44,703 nt of DNA from a virus (IMGVR_UViG_2718218308_000001), one strand, 5' to 3'. Shown: positions 1 through 9,814, counted from the first letter of the stretch. Numbers and translations are program-made. Notes: generated by a model not told the origin, from the letters alone.

Positions 1-19
1 CTGTTTGATAAATATTAAA

Positions 20-1315
20 TTAATTTTTCATTGCTTCGTTATGGGGCATGGTTGGGGCAAACTCGCTTAACTGTGTATTTAACAAAGCTACCTGTGCATT
101 ATTGTTTTCAGACATCCATTTTCCGTATACCTGAAATACCATTTGCGCATCTGCATGGCCCATCTGGTTTGCTATAAATGCCGGGTTAGCACCAGCTGTC
201 AGCGACCAGCAGGCATAAGTATGTCTCGACTGATATGATTTTCGATGGCGGAGTCCGGCACGTTTTATCGCTGCGTCCCACATCTGCCTTATTGAGTCAA
301 CGGTAAAATGGTCACCATAATTTTTTACTCTCGCTGACACTTCAGGTTGAAAAACAAAGGTGCATTTTTGTTTTTCTGTTCTGCCATACTCTCTGAGGTG
401 AACATCAATGATATGCTCTTTGCTCAGTCTCGTTAATGTCATCTGACTCCGGAGAGCGTCGATTGCTGGCTTAATAAGATGAATGACCCGATTGGTTCCC
501 GCCTGTGTTTTTGGTACCGTGAAACGGTCTTTTGCTAAATTTCTCCTGATCATCATTGTTCCATTTTTCAGATCTATGTCCTCCCATCCAAGTGCACACA
601 GCTCACCAGGGCGAACGCCAGTATAAACAGAAACACACCATAAATTTTTGGCTTGCTGATTTCTGCACGCATCGATAAGACGGATGAATTCCTCCCGCGA
701 AAGAGGATCCGGAATGGTTCTTGATTCCTTTAATGGCGAGATCCCCTTAAACGGATTATCTGCCAGGTAACCGTTATCAACACCAAACTGGAACACGGCG
801 TTAAGATTTGTCATGTAATTATTTACAGTTACAGCCGATCTCCCTGGTTGTGTAACAATATAGTTACTTTTGGGGATCTGGTATCCAGTCAGTAGCTCTT
901 TACGAACCTCCAGTAATTTTTCTTTATTAATCGATGAGGCAAGATTTTTTTCACCGATTATGCTCAGGATATTTTTGATGACGGCACGGTATGTGTTGAG
1001 TGATGTTTTGGCGACTTCAGTTTCTTTCAGTGCCAGAAATTTTTCAGCCAGTTCTTTTATGGTTAAATCTTGTCGGGCCTCACCAAATTTTTCCAGATTG
1101 CGTGAGGAGGGAAACTGTTTTGCATAGTCGAAAACACCAGTTTTTATTGCGTAACAAACAGAGGAGCGTAGTTCACCTGCAACGCGCCTGTTTTTTGCTG
1201 TGTCAGGAACCCCCAGATTTTCCCTGACTCTTACGCCTTTATAAACAAACCAGATACGTAATTTCCCTCCATGGTTTTCCACGCCTGTCGGATATTTCAT
1301 TTCAACTTCTCTCAT
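20..1315 (-). CDS. Phage tyrosine integrase (site-specific recombinase)
   Basis: 431-aa ORF; C-terminal region (RHTYACW...GANPAFIANQMGH...VY) fits the tyrosine recombinase catalytic domain of IntR/IntS-type prophage integrases; sits at the prophage edge next to an excisionase-like gene. Family assignment from memory, not searched. Confidence 0.85.
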   Translation of the reverse strand: MREVEMKYPTGVENHGGKLRIWFVYKGVRVRENLGVPDTAKNRRVAGELRSSVCYAIKTGVFDYAKQFPSSRNLEKFGEARQDLTIKELAEKFLALKETEVAKTSLNTYRAVIKNILSIIGEKNLASSINKEKLLEVRKELLTGYQIPKSNYIVTQPGRSAVTVNNYMTNLNAVFQFGVDNGYLADNPFKGISPLKESRTIPDPLSREEFIRLIDACRNQQAKNLWCVSVYTGVRPGELCALGWEDIDLKNGTMMIRRNLAKDRFTVPKTQAGTNRVIHLIKPAIDALRSQMTLTRLSKEHIIDVHLREYGRTEKQKCTFVFQPEVSARVKNYGDHFTVDSIRQMWDAAIKRAGLRHRKSYQSRHTYACWSLTAGANPAFIANQMGHADAQMVFQVYGKWMSENNNAQVALLNTQLSEFAPTMPHNEAMKN

Positions 1316-1334
1316 TAGTTAGTGTGGCTTTTAG

Positions 1335-1586
1335 TCAAGTAAGATGACGTCTTGGTCTCGCTGATGCCTGGCGCTCAATCCAGCGATCAATTTCTTCCAG
1401 GTTGTAAAAGCATGGACTGTTATCCCATGGCATACCGTCATGAGCGACATGCTTATATTCCCTTCCTTCCATAAACGATTTTTCCCGGGCCTTTTTTAAC
1501 GTACCTTTTTTTATTCCTTTCAGCGCAATTAACTGCTCTTCGGATACCCATTTGCCGGGAGAGACAATCATGATTACTTCGCTCAT
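1335..1586 (-). CDS. Excisionase-like small DNA-binding protein
   Basis: 83-aa ORF directly upstream of and co-oriented with the integrase, the typical xis position. Called by position and size only. Confidence 0.55.
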   Translation of the reverse strand: MSEVIMIVSPGKWVSEEQLIALKGIKKGTLKKAREKSFMEGREYKHVAHDGMPWDNSPCFYNLEEIDRWIERQASARPRRHLT

Positions 1587-1658
1587 CGATTTCTTTATCT
1601 CTTACATCAGACGAGCGCCGGTTGCAGAATACCAGTCACAACCGGCGACAGTTGAACA

Positions 1659-3113
1659 TTAAGAATCAGCCTGACTCGGGATCAGTTTTTGCCAGATAAC
1701 TGAAACGTATTTTGCCTGGTAACGGGCGTCATCAAGTGCATTATGGCGCTCACCTTCGAATGGAATAGCCGTTCTGGCATCGAAGTCTATGGCTTTCCCC
1801 AGCTCAACGATTGTGCGTACATCGCGATCGTTGTAGTAACGCCACGGGCAGGGGATCCCCTGCCGTTCGTATGAACGGCGCAAAATCGTGTTGTCGAAGT
1901 TGGCTCCATTTCCCCAAACCTGAACAAAAAATTCACCGGAGTTTTCGTCGATAAATTCCCGTAATTGTAACAGTGCATCATCTAACGGGATTTCATCGGT
2001 CATAATGGCAGATTGCGCTTCGCGTGATTGCTTAAGCCACCATTTAATGGTGTCCCGATCAATGACTCCGCCAGCAGTTTCCAGATCGATAGTCTTACTA
2101 AATTCCGGTCCCATATCTCCGGTTTGCGGATCGAAAAATATTGCACCTATTGAGATGATCGGGGCATCAGGATTTTTTCCCATGGTTTCAAGGTCGATCA
2201 TTAGATGGTCACACGTCCTGCTGGTGGATGTGATTTCGTGATGACCGTTCACCTTAATTGAGTGATCTGCCGTCTCGCCAGTTTCATTATCGCTATTGTG
2301 ATGCTGATTGCCGCCAGTGTTCTCCTTGTGTGGATGTTCAGCGCCTTCCATTTCCTCCGGATCATCTTCCTGAACTTCAACCTGATACTCTTCATCGAAT
2401 GTTTCTTGGTATGTTGCGTCGCCCATCACCGCGCCACAATCAGGGCAGTTGCCGCCGCCGGTCTGACCGCAGGCGGTGCAGACTTTTTCCACTTCCTGTT
2501 GCGCCACTGGTTCAGGCTGTTTCGTTTCTGGCTCGTTTTGTAACGCATTTGTGCTGTTTTGTTCCGCTTTTTGGTAGTTCCGTTCCGATTCATGCTGGTT
2601 CTGGTTCACAGAATCGCGGGTCTGGATCCCCTTAACCCATTTCGGATCATTCGGGTCACTAATCCCTTCAACAAATTCACCACGTGATGCAGCAAGCAAC
2701 TTATCGGCGTCAGGCTGGCTGATATTGGCTGCCTGCATAATTTTGTTTACTTCGTCAGCGGTAACTTTTATCGGCTCTGGTTGTTCTGAATCTTCAGCGG
2801 TATCTACATTTTGCGGTAAGCCCGTGTATGTGCCATTTTTTCGGGCAAAATATTCTTCTTTTGTGATTTCAGTGGCGCCAGCAGCCAGTGCCTTATCCAG
2901 ACCAGAAAGTTTGTTTGCGCGACCGTATTTTTCTCCGTCCTTATCTGCGAAGAGGAAATAGAACGGCCCCTCACGCTCTACAGATGGTTCAGCTTCCGGC
3001 GCGGTTTCATTTTTTGGGATATCAGATACCTCAGTTTCCACTGCATCAGTTTGTGTTTCTGATGACTGGAGAACATCAACAGTGCCCAGGTCTGTTTCTT
3101 CATTCTCAAACAC
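1659..3113 (-). CDS. Putative phage exonuclease with C-terminal DEDD-type 3'-5' exonuclease domain; possibly 5'-truncated
   Basis: 484-aa ORF. C-terminal half has DnaQ-like motifs (MIDLETMG ... FDxxxL ... HNALDDA); N-terminal half is acidic and low-complexity with a CxxC...CxxC cluster. The ORF start lies 60 bp from the IS3 left end. Confidence 0.55.
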   Translation of the reverse strand: MFENEETDLGTVDVLQSSETQTDAVETEVSDIPKNETAPEAEPSVEREGPFYFLFADKDGEKYGRANKLSGLDKALAAGATEITKEEYFARKNGTYTGLPQNVDTAEDSEQPEPIKVTADEVNKIMQAANISQPDADKLLAASRGEFVEGISDPNDPKWVKGIQTRDSVNQNQHESERNYQKAEQNSTNALQNEPETKQPEPVAQQEVEKVCTACGQTGGGNCPDCGAVMGDATYQETFDEEYQVEVQEDDPEEMEGAEHPHKENTGGNQHHNSDNETGETADHSIKVNGHHEITSTSRTCDHLMIDLETMGKNPDAPIISIGAIFFDPQTGDMGPEFSKTIDLETAGGVIDRDTIKWWLKQSREAQSAIMTDEIPLDDALLQLREFIDENSGEFFVQVWGNGANFDNTILRRSYERQGIPCPWRYYNDRDVRTIVELGKAIDFDARTAIPFEGERHNALDDARYQAKYVSVIWQKLIPSQADS

Positions 3114-3238
3114 GCCCTTTGTCGTCAGGTATTCGCAGATATATTTGTTCAGTGCTATGGGATCTTTGTGAATTGATCTTACCCAGCAATAGTGGACACG
3201 CGGCTAAGTGAGTAAACTCTCAGTCAGAGGTGACTCAC

Positions 3239-3538
3239 ATGACAAAAACAGTATCAACCAGTAAAAAACCCCGTAAACAGCATTCGCCTGAATTTCGCAG
3301 TGAAGCCCTGAAGCTTGCTGAACGCATCGGTGTTACTGCCGCAGCCCGTGAACTCAGCCTGTATGAATCACAACTCTACAACTGGCGCAGTAAACAGCAA
3401 AATCAGCAGACGTCTTCTGAACGTGAACTGGAGATGTCTACCGAGATTGCACGTCTCAAACGCCAGCTGGCAGAACGGGATGAAGAGCTGGCTATCCTCC
3501 AAAAGGCCGCGACATACTTCGCGAAGCGCCTGAAATGA
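3239..3538 (+). CDS. insE: IS3 transposase OrfA (InsE)
   Basis: 99-aa product [32 protein letters not shown]... with helix-turn-helix region; overlaps orfB as in IS3-family elements. Confidence 0.9.
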
Positions 3539-4401
3539 AGTATGTCTTTATTGAAAAACATCAGGCTGAGTTCAGCATCAAAGCAATGTGCCGCGTGCTC
3601 CGGGTGGCCCGCAGCGGCTGGTATACGTGGTGTCAGCGGCGGACAAGGATAAGCACGCGTCAGCAGTTCCGCCAACACTGCGACAGCGTTGTCCTCGCGG
3701 CTTTTACCCGGTCAAAACAGCGTTACGGTGCCCCACGCCTGACGGATGAACTGCGTGCTCAGGGTTACCCCTTTAACGTAAAAACCGTGGCGGCAAGCCT
3801 GCGCCGTCAGGGACTGAGGGCAAAGGCCTCCCGGAAGTTCAGCCCGGTCAGCTACCGCGCACACGGCCTGCCTGTGTCAGAAAATCTGTTGGAGCAGGAT
3901 TTTTACGCCAGTGGCCCGAACCAGAAGTGGGCAGGAGACATCACGTACTTACGTACAGATGAAGGCTGGCTGTATCTGGCAGTGGTCATTGACCTGTGGT
4001 CACGTGCCGTTATTGGCTGGTCAATGTCGCCACGCATGACGGCGCAACTGGCCTGCGATGCCCTGCAGATGGCGCTGTGGCGGCGTAAGAGGCCCCGGAA
4101 CGTTATCGTTCACACGGACCGTGGAGGCCAGTACTGTTCAGCAGATTATCAGGCGCAACTGAAGCGGCATAATCTGCGTGGAAGTATGAGCGCAAAAGGT
4201 TGCTGCTACGATAATGCCTGCGTGGAAAGCTTCTTTCATTCGCTGAAAGTGGAATGTATCCATGGAGAACACTTTATCAGCCGGGAAATAATGCGGGCAA
4301 CGGTGTTTAATTATATCGAATGTGATTACAATCGGTGGCGGCGGCACAGTTGGTGTGGCGGCCTCAGTCCGGAACAATTTGAAAACAAGAACCTCGCTTA
4401 G
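3535..4401 (+). CDS. insF: IS3 transposase OrfB (InsF), DDE integrase-like catalytic domain
   Basis: 288-aa ORF overlapping orfA in another frame; contains DDE-type residues (WAGDITY...HTDRGGQY...[10 protein letters not shown]). Confidence 0.9.
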
Positions 4402-4431
4402 GCCTGTGTCCATATTACGTGGGTAGGATCA

Positions 4432-4686
4432 CGTGGAAGTATGAGCGCAAAAGGTTGCTGCTACGATAATGCCTGCGTGGAAAGCTTCTTTCATTCGCTG
4501 AAAGTGGAATGTATCCATGGAGAACACTTTATCAGCCGGGAAATAATGCGGGCAACGGTGTTTAATTATATCGAATGTGATTACAATCGGTGGCGGCGGC
4601 ACAGTTGGTGTGGCGGCCTCAGTCCGGAACAATTTGAAAACAAGAACCTCGCTTAGGCCTGTGTCCATATTACGTGGGTAGGATCA
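4432..4686 (+). mobile_element. Partial IS3: tandem duplicate of the 3'-terminal 255 bp
   Basis: 4432..4686 repeats 4177..4431 (the insF 3' end plus right terminal repeat) immediately after the complete element. ORFs 4441..4656 (+) and 4429..4668 (-) are artefacts of this duplication. Confidence 0.85.
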
Positions 4687-4846
4687 CACCTCATGCCCCA
4701 GATGTTTTTTGTTTTCAGGAGAAAACTATATCGCAGAACTACGAACTAAACTTATGTCATAACTCATGCAAAAAACTCTTCGGCTAAACATTAAAAAAAT
4801 CTTATAATGCGAATCATATTTTGTTACATGTTCAGGAGCGCAAAGG

Positions 4847-5887
4847 ATGTCCCAGTACGACAAAGCCACGCAAACAGCAGGTTTAGTACGCATAACTAAT
4901 CAATTAGAGTCTATATACGGAACTTTTATTGATATGAAAGATATTAATTCCGTAGGAGAGCATAGGAAAGAAACTCTAATTACACGCTGTGTAGCTGCGC
5001 ATGCAATCAGCTTGTATGGTGATGAACCAGACCCTGAGTTAGCTGCTAATGCTGTCTGCGATGGAAAAGATGATGGCGGGATAGATGCAGTTTATGTTAA
5101 TAAAAATTCGAGAAAGATAGTAATAGTTCAGTCAAAATATATTAAAAATGGCGACGGTTCTATAACCACAAGAGAATTCGGAAGATTCAAAGACGCATGC
5201 GCAAAAGTAATAGCCAGCGACTTTACAACATTTAACGAAAGGTTTTTAAGAAACAAAGACTCCATAATTGAAGCAATCTCAGGATTTACATATAAATGTA
5301 TATGTGTATTTATATATACAGGGGTTCATGAGCCAAGCGAAGAAGTAAAATCAGACATAGAGTTTTGGGAAAAGGTTCAGAATCGGTCTCTATTATTTAA
5401 AGATATAGAGAATAGAGATGAGTATTCAGTGCTATTCGAGCCGGCAGGTATACAAGTGATAATGGATGGTCTTTCTAATGATCGATCAAAATCTATAAAT
5501 GTTAGCAATGTTCACCTTGAAAGTTATGGAGAGATAGCAGAACCTTATAAAGCAATATACGGAACAATATCCGCAAGGATCCTATACGACTGGTGGGAAA
5601 AGTACAAGTACTCTCTGTTCGAGAAAAATATAAGAAGTGTCCTCGGTAATTCATCCATAAACTCTGGGATAAAGAAAACATTAAGTGAAAAGCCGGAGAA
5701 TTTTTGGTACTATAACAATGGGATAACTGCTGTATATAGTGATGTAGAAGAAAGCATGATCAACTTAAGTACAAGCAGGAAGTACGGGCTATTTAGTTTT
5801 AAAAGTCTGAGTATAATAAATGGAGCTCAAACTGTAAGCACTATTGGTGAAGTGTTCAACTCTTTACCCGAAGAAATAAAGATCTAA
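4847..5887 (+). CDS. Candidate abortive-infection/defence protein, N-terminal part (PD-(D/E)xK nuclease-like motif; AIPR-like)
   Basis: 346-aa ORF in an AT-rich island. Motif GIDAVYVN...KIVIVQSKY fits a PD-(D/E)xK D...(E/Q)xK signature; a later NGAQT motif resembles AIPR-family Abi proteins as I recall them. Shine-Dalgarno-like AGGAG upstream. Family assignment unverified. Confidence 0.5.
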   Translation: MSQYDKATQTAGLVRITNQLESIYGTFIDMKDINSVGEHRKETLITRCVAAHAISLYGDEPDPELAANAVCDGKDDGGIDAVYVNKNSRKIVIVQSKYIKNGDGSITTREFGRFKDACAKVIASDFTTFNERFLRNKDSIIEAISGFTYKCICVFIYTGVHEPSEEVKSDIEFWEKVQNRSLLFKDIENRDEYSVLFEPAGIQVIMDGLSNDRSKSINVSNVHLESYGEIAEPYKAIYGTISARILYDWWEKYKYSLFEKNIRSVLGNSSINSGIKKTLSEKPENFWYYNNGITAVYSDVEESMINLSTSRKYGLFSFKSLSIINGAQTVSTIGEVFNSLPEEIKI

Positions 5888-5892
5888 TCAAG

Positions 5893-6621
5893 GTGAGCAT
5901 TAGATTTATCAGTGCAGCAAAAGAAGATTTTTTAACCTCTGTCACTAAATTCAACAATACACAAAACAGGGTTACTGGAAGAGATTTCTCATCACAGAGG
6001 CCCGAGCAACAAAGAATACAAAGAGAAATAAACTTTATTGGCGGATATAGCTACAAACTACTCAGGCAAGAAGACTCCAGCCAGACAGGTGGTAATACCA
6101 TTGATATTGATGATGCTTTAAACGCATTAGTGTGTGCCTCTAAAGATGAAACATTGATATCTTCCTTAAAACTAAATAGAGGACGTTTTTTTGAAAGCTG
6201 GGGAGGTCTTTATGAAAAAGTATTCCCAGCTGAAAATGGTCCTACCGGTTTAGATATAATAAATAAAGTAAATGCTTATAGATTAGCAAATGATATATTG
6301 CAAGAAAGTATAGTTAAACTACTATCAGTAGATATGGAAAATCAGAAGCAGATTCATCAAATAATGATTCATGGAAATTATGTTTTAATATCCATACTCA
6401 TGAATAAAATAGAAGTTTCCTCTGTGGAGAATCACATCTTCTCTTATAGCCGAAACGTTTCACTGGAGGAATGTATAGAGCTGGCTTCTGATACTTATAA
6501 TCACATACAGGAAGTCTTCCCCAATAGTTATATAGCAAGATTCTTCCAGAACAGAGAAAAAGTATTAAATATTATTAATCATCTACTAGGTAAAGAGCAG
6601 ATCATCGAATTGCAAGAGTAA
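5893..6621 (+). CDS. Second ORF of the candidate defence locus (C-terminal part of a frameshifted gene, or a separate partner gene)
   Basis: 242-aa ORF with GTG start 5 nt after the upstream stop, in a different frame; that frame is open from 5851, so one indel in 5851..5887 would fuse the two ORFs into about 590 aa. Followed by a strong terminator. Confidence 0.45.
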   Translation: MSIRFISAAKEDFLTSVTKFNNTQNRVTGRDFSSQRPEQQRIQREINFIGGYSYKLLRQEDSSQTGGNTIDIDDALNALVCASKDETLISSLKLNRGRFFESWGGLYEKVFPAENGPTGLDIINKVNAYRLANDILQESIVKLLSVDMENQKQIHQIMIHGNYVLISILMNKIEVSSVENHIFSYSRNVSLEECIELASDTYNHIQEVFPNSYIARFFQNREKVLNIINHLLGKEQIIELQE

Positions 6622-6623
6622 AA

Positions 6624-6657
6624 GTAAGAGCCACCTGCGGGTGGCTCTTACTTATTT
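6624..6657 (+). terminator. Rho-independent terminator after the candidate defence locus
   Basis: 12-bp perfect stem GTAAGAGCCACC / GGTGGCTCTTAC with TGCG loop, followed by TTATTT. Confidence 0.7.
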
Positions 6658-7299
6658 GACTCTACCATATGCTCGCATTTGCCATAACATATGTTGCGTA
6701 CGCTCAGAAATACGTGGAGGGCGTTTCTGGTCTAAAATCGTCAAGACACTCCATCATATATTCAGGAAATTGCTAATAATCGTGTAGGTGAATACTGCTT
6801 AAAATTCATATATATGAAATTGAACCTGTTGGCTTGCGTCGGACTTTGCGTATTAAAAGAAGTGCTGGTGGTGACTAGTGGTTGAGCTCCATTTCCACAG
6901 AAAAATCAGAGAAACCATACCCAATAGTTGTATTGAATCACGGACGAGACAGCCTCATATTTATCAGGACTGGTGTACGTCCAATACAGGAGGTTGTGGT
7001 GCTGGTTCTCAAATGTGCGCTGGCTATTACGGCTGTAATGGCGATTTATTGTCTTGCTATTGTTCTTATGGATCGCCTTTCTGACTGATTTCATATTGGC
7101 GAGGTAAAGGTAGTTAAGTAGAATGGCTGCGGGTGCTTGAGGCTATCTGCCTCGGGCATGAACACCAAAGGCAGATAGAGAAAAGCCCCAGTTAACATTA
7201 CGCGTCCTGCAAGACGCTTAACATTAATCTGAGGCCAATTTCATGCTAGACACATGTAGGTTAGCCTCTTACGTGCCGGAAGGCAAGGAGAAGCAGGCT

Positions 7300-7455
7300 A
7301 TGAAGCAGCAAAAGGCGATGTTAATCGCCCTGATCGTCATCTGTTTAACCGTCATAGTGACGGCACTGGTAACGAGGAAAGACCTCTGCGAGGTACGAAT
7401 CCGAACCGGCCAGACGGAGGTCGCTGTCTTCACAGCTTACGAACCTGAGGAGTAA
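7300..7455 (+). CDS. hokD: Hok/Gef-family membrane toxin (type I toxin)
   Basis: 51-aa product MKQQKAMLIALIVICLTVIVTALVTRKDLCEVRIRTGQTEVAVFTAYEPEE matches HokD/RelF of the K-12 Qin prophage as I recall it; AGGAGA ribosome-binding site upstream. The track ORF from 7243 is an in-frame upstream extension. Confidence 0.85.
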   Translation: MKQQKAMLIALIVICLTVIVTALVTRKDLCEVRIRTGQTEVAVFTAYEPEE

Positions 7456-7525
7456 GAGACCCGGCGAGGGAGAAATCCCTCGCCACCTCTGATGTGGCAG
7501 GCATCCTCAACGCACCCGCACTTAA

Positions 7526-7550
7526 CCCGCTTCGGCGGGTTTTTGTTTTT
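7526..7550 (+). terminator. Rho-independent terminator downstream of hok
   Basis: Hairpin CCCGC-TTCG-GCGGG followed by TTTTTGTTTTT; a second hairpin (GGCGAGGG / CCCTCGCC, 7463..7484) lies just upstream. Confidence 0.6.
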
Positions 7551-7671
7551 ATTTTCAACGCGTTTGAAGTTCTGGACGGTGCCGGAATAGAATCAAAAAT
7601 ACTTAAGTAGCGCGCAGGGATAAGAGGGATGGTCCCTTAAAGGGGAGAGCTAATTATCCGGAAGGATTCTG

Positions 7672-7923
7672 ATGATGAACATCGAAGAACTGCGTAAAAT
7701 TTTTTGTGAAGATGGCCTCTATGCTGTGTGCGTTGAAAATGGAAATCTTGTTAGTCATTACCGCATTATGTGTTTGCGAAAGAATGGGGCTGCGTTAATT
7801 AATTTTGTGGATGGTCGAGTGACAGACGGATTTATCTTGCGCGAAGGTGAGTTTGTCACTTCATTACAGGCACTGAAAGAGATCGGAATAAAAGCAGGCT
7901 TTTCAGCTTTTGCAGAAGAATAA
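7672..7923 (+). CDS. rem: Small prophage protein, Rem-like
   Basis: 83-aa ORF in the same position relative to hok and the DUF968 gene as rem in Qin. Called by size and synteny only. Confidence 0.45.
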   Translation: MMNIEELRKIFCEDGLYAVCVENGNLVSHYRIMCLRKNGAALINFVDGRVTDGFILREGEFVTSLQALKEIGIKAGFSAFAEE

Positions 7924-7989
7924 ACTCATCTACAATCTTGCGCGGGGCTGAACTCCCGCTGAGTAACACCGTGCCACCGGAGAAAACCG

Positions 7990-8268
7990 ATGGCACGCAA
8001 CGTAAAATATTACAATTCTGATAATTCGCCCGTTCTTGTCTGCACGCACGAGCGGTATTCTCACGCATTCAAGTCTGAATGGTTCCAACACCCTCCATGC
8101 ACTGAAGAGCAGGCTGAATGGATAATTCAGTGTTACCGCAGGCGCGGATACGAGGTTAAGAAAGCCCTTAGTCTCGACTACCGTCACTGGATAATCTCAG
8201 TCAGATTGCCTTACTCCGAACGCCCACCGCGTCCGTCCCGTACATTCCAGCAACGCATCTGGAGGTAA
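7990..8268 (+). CDS. Hypothetical protein
   Basis: 92-aa ORF between the rem-like and DUF968 genes, co-oriented; no recognisable motif. Confidence 0.3.
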   Translation: MARNVKYYNSDNSPVLVCTHERYSHAFKSEWFQHPPCTEEQAEWIIQCYRRRGYEVKKALSLDYRHWIISVRLPYSERPPRPSRTFQQRIWR

Positions 8269-8269
8269 C

Positions 8270-9319
8270 GTGCGGGTATTACTTCGACCTGTTCTGGTAC
8301 CGGAACTTGGGCTGGTGGTCGTTAAGCCGGGCCGTGAATCCATGCCGGTATTCCACAATACCCGGGTACTGGTGGAGCCGGAACCGAAAAGCATGCGTAA
8401 TCTGCCGTCCGGGGTCGTTCCTGCCGTTCGCCAGCCGCTGGTGGAAGACAAAACATTGCTGCCGTTTTTCAGTAACGCACGGGTAATTCGTGCTGCTGGT
8501 GGTGCTGGTGCATTGTCTGACTGGCTGTTGCGCCATATTAAATCCTGCCAGTGGCCACACGGCGATTATCATCACAGCGAAACCGTTATTCACCGATATG
8601 GTACCGGCGCAATGGTGTTGTGCTGGCACTGCGACAACCAGCTGCGTGACCAGACATCCGAATCACTCGAGCAACTTGCTCATCAAAACCTGTCAGCATG
8701 GATGATTGACGTCATCGGTCACGCAATAAGCGGTACGCAGGAGCGTGAATTATCTCTGGCTGAATTATCCTGGTGGGCGGTCCGCAATCAGCTGGCGGAC
8801 GCGCTACCGGAAGCGGTATTACGTCGCTCGCTGGGATTACCAGCGGAAAAAATCTGCTCGGTGTACCGCGAAAGCGACATCGTACCGGGAGAGCAGACCG
8901 CCACCAGCATATTGAAACAGCGCACAAAAAATCTTGCACCGTTGCCTCACGCCCACCAGCAACAAAACCCATCACAGGAAAAGACGGTGGTAAGCATCAC
9001 CGTTGATCCAGAGTCTCCGGAATCTTTCATGAAGCTGCCTAAACGTCACCGGTGGGTTAAGGAGAAATACACACGCTGGGTTAAGACACAGCCGTGTGCT
9101 TGCTGCGGTATGCCAGCCGACGATCCGCATCATCTGATTGGTCACGGGCAGGGCGGAATGGGAACCAAAGCACATGATCTCTTTGTTTTGCCTTTGTGCA
9201 GAAAGCATCACGACGAGTTGCATACGGATACCGTGGCATTTGAAGAGAAGTATGGCTCCCAACTGGAGCTGATTTTTCGATTTATCGATCGCGCGCTGGC
9301 AATTGGTGTGCTGGCCTAA
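8270..9319 (+). CDS. ydfU: DUF968-family prophage protein with HNH-like zinc-finger nuclease motif (YdfU-like)
   Basis: 349-aa ORF; C-terminus [21 protein letters not shown]...CRKHHDELH has Cys/His spacing typical of HNH modules; directly upstream of the Q-like gene as in Qin. Confidence 0.65.
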   Translation: MRVLLRPVLVPELGLVVVKPGRESMPVFHNTRVLVEPEPKSMRNLPSGVVPAVRQPLVEDKTLLPFFSNARVIRAAGGAGALSDWLLRHIKSCQWPHGDYHHSETVIHRYGTGAMVLCWHCDNQLRDQTSESLEQLAHQNLSAWMIDVIGHAISGTQERELSLAELSWWAVRNQLADALPEAVLRRSLGLPAEKICSVYRESDIVPGEQTATSILKQRTKNLAPLPHAHQQQNPSQEKTVVSITVDPESPESFMKLPKRHRWVKEKYTRWVKTQPCACCGMPADDPHHLIGHGQGGMGTKAHDLFVLPLCRKHHDELHTDTVAFEEKYGSQLELIFRFIDRALAIGVLA

Positions 9320-9321
9320 TT

Positions 9322-9714
9322 TTGTGGAGTAAGTTGATGCGTGATATTCAGATGGTTCTTGAGCGTTGGGGGGCATGGGCGGCTAATAATCATGAAGATG
9401 TGACCTGGTCGTCCATTGCCGCCGGTTTTAAGGGATTAATTCCTTCAAAAGTAAGATCTCGTCCGCAATGCTGTGACGATGACGCGATGATCATTTGTGA
9501 ATGTATGGCTCGCCTGAAAAAAAACAACAGCGATTTACATGATTTATTGGTGGACTATTATGTCGGCGGCATGACTTTTATGGCGCTTGCACGTAAGCAT
9601 GGGCGATCTGATTGTTGGGTTGGCAGGATGCTCCAGAAAGCTGAGGGCGTAGTGGAGGGCATGCTGATGGTGTTGGATCTCCGATTGGAGATGGATGCTG
9701 ATTGTTCGAAATAA
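9322..9714 (+). CDS. quuQ: Late-gene antiterminator Q-like protein
   Basis: 130-aa ORF immediately after the DUF968 gene and upstream of a short region ending in a terminator (PR'/tR' arrangement); Cys-rich central region. Confidence 0.65.
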   Translation: MWSKLMRDIQMVLERWGAWAANNHEDVTWSSIAAGFKGLIPSKVRSRPQCCDDDAMIICECMARLKKNNSDLHDLLVDYYVGGMTFMALARKHGRSDCWVGRMLQKAEGVVEGMLMVLDLRLEMDADCSK

Positions 9715-9814
9715 TTAAAGGAAAAGTTGCTGTCTGATTTTCATTAGTCTAACATTTTAAATGTTGGAATCGCAACGTAGTTATTATCATATAACAGCTT
9801 ATTTCCTGATTTAG

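Larger units (their letters stand above)
3174..4431 (+). mobile_element. IS3: IS3 insertion sequence, complete copy 1 (1258 bp)
   Basis: Terminal sequences TGATCTTACCCAGC...GGGTAGGATCA; encodes the InsE/InsF proteins I recall from E. coli K-12 IS3; identical to the second copy at 13269..14526. Flanking triplets differ (AAT / CGT), so there is no target-site duplication. Confidence 0.9.

Noticed and set aside
870-1227. Plus-strand ORFs (85 and 75 aa) inside the integrase gene
   Set aside because: Antisense to a well-supported integrase ORF; no independent signals.
3403-3678. 91-aa minus-strand ORF inside IS3 (also 13498..13773 in copy 2)
   Set aside because: Antisense to the IS3 transposase orfA/orfB overlap; no support as a gene.
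4429-4668. ORFs 4441..4656 (+) and 4429..4668 (-) downstream of IS3 copy 1
   Set aside because: They are exact copies of the insF 3' end and its antisense frame, created by the 255-bp tandem duplication; not independent genes.
6878-7094. Three overlapping 62-68-aa ORFs upstream of hok, examined as possible RelB/RelE-like antitoxin/toxin or microcin-like peptides
   Set aside because: No resemblance to RelB or RelE, mutually overlapping frames on both strands, and no convincing ribosome-binding sites; most likely non-coding leader or remnant DNA.
7243-7455. 70-aa ORF considered as a mok (modulation of killing) reading frame
   Set aside because: It is in the same frame as hok and is simply an upstream in-frame ATG; genuine mok frames overlap hok in a different frame. 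The toxin is called from the internal Met at 7300.
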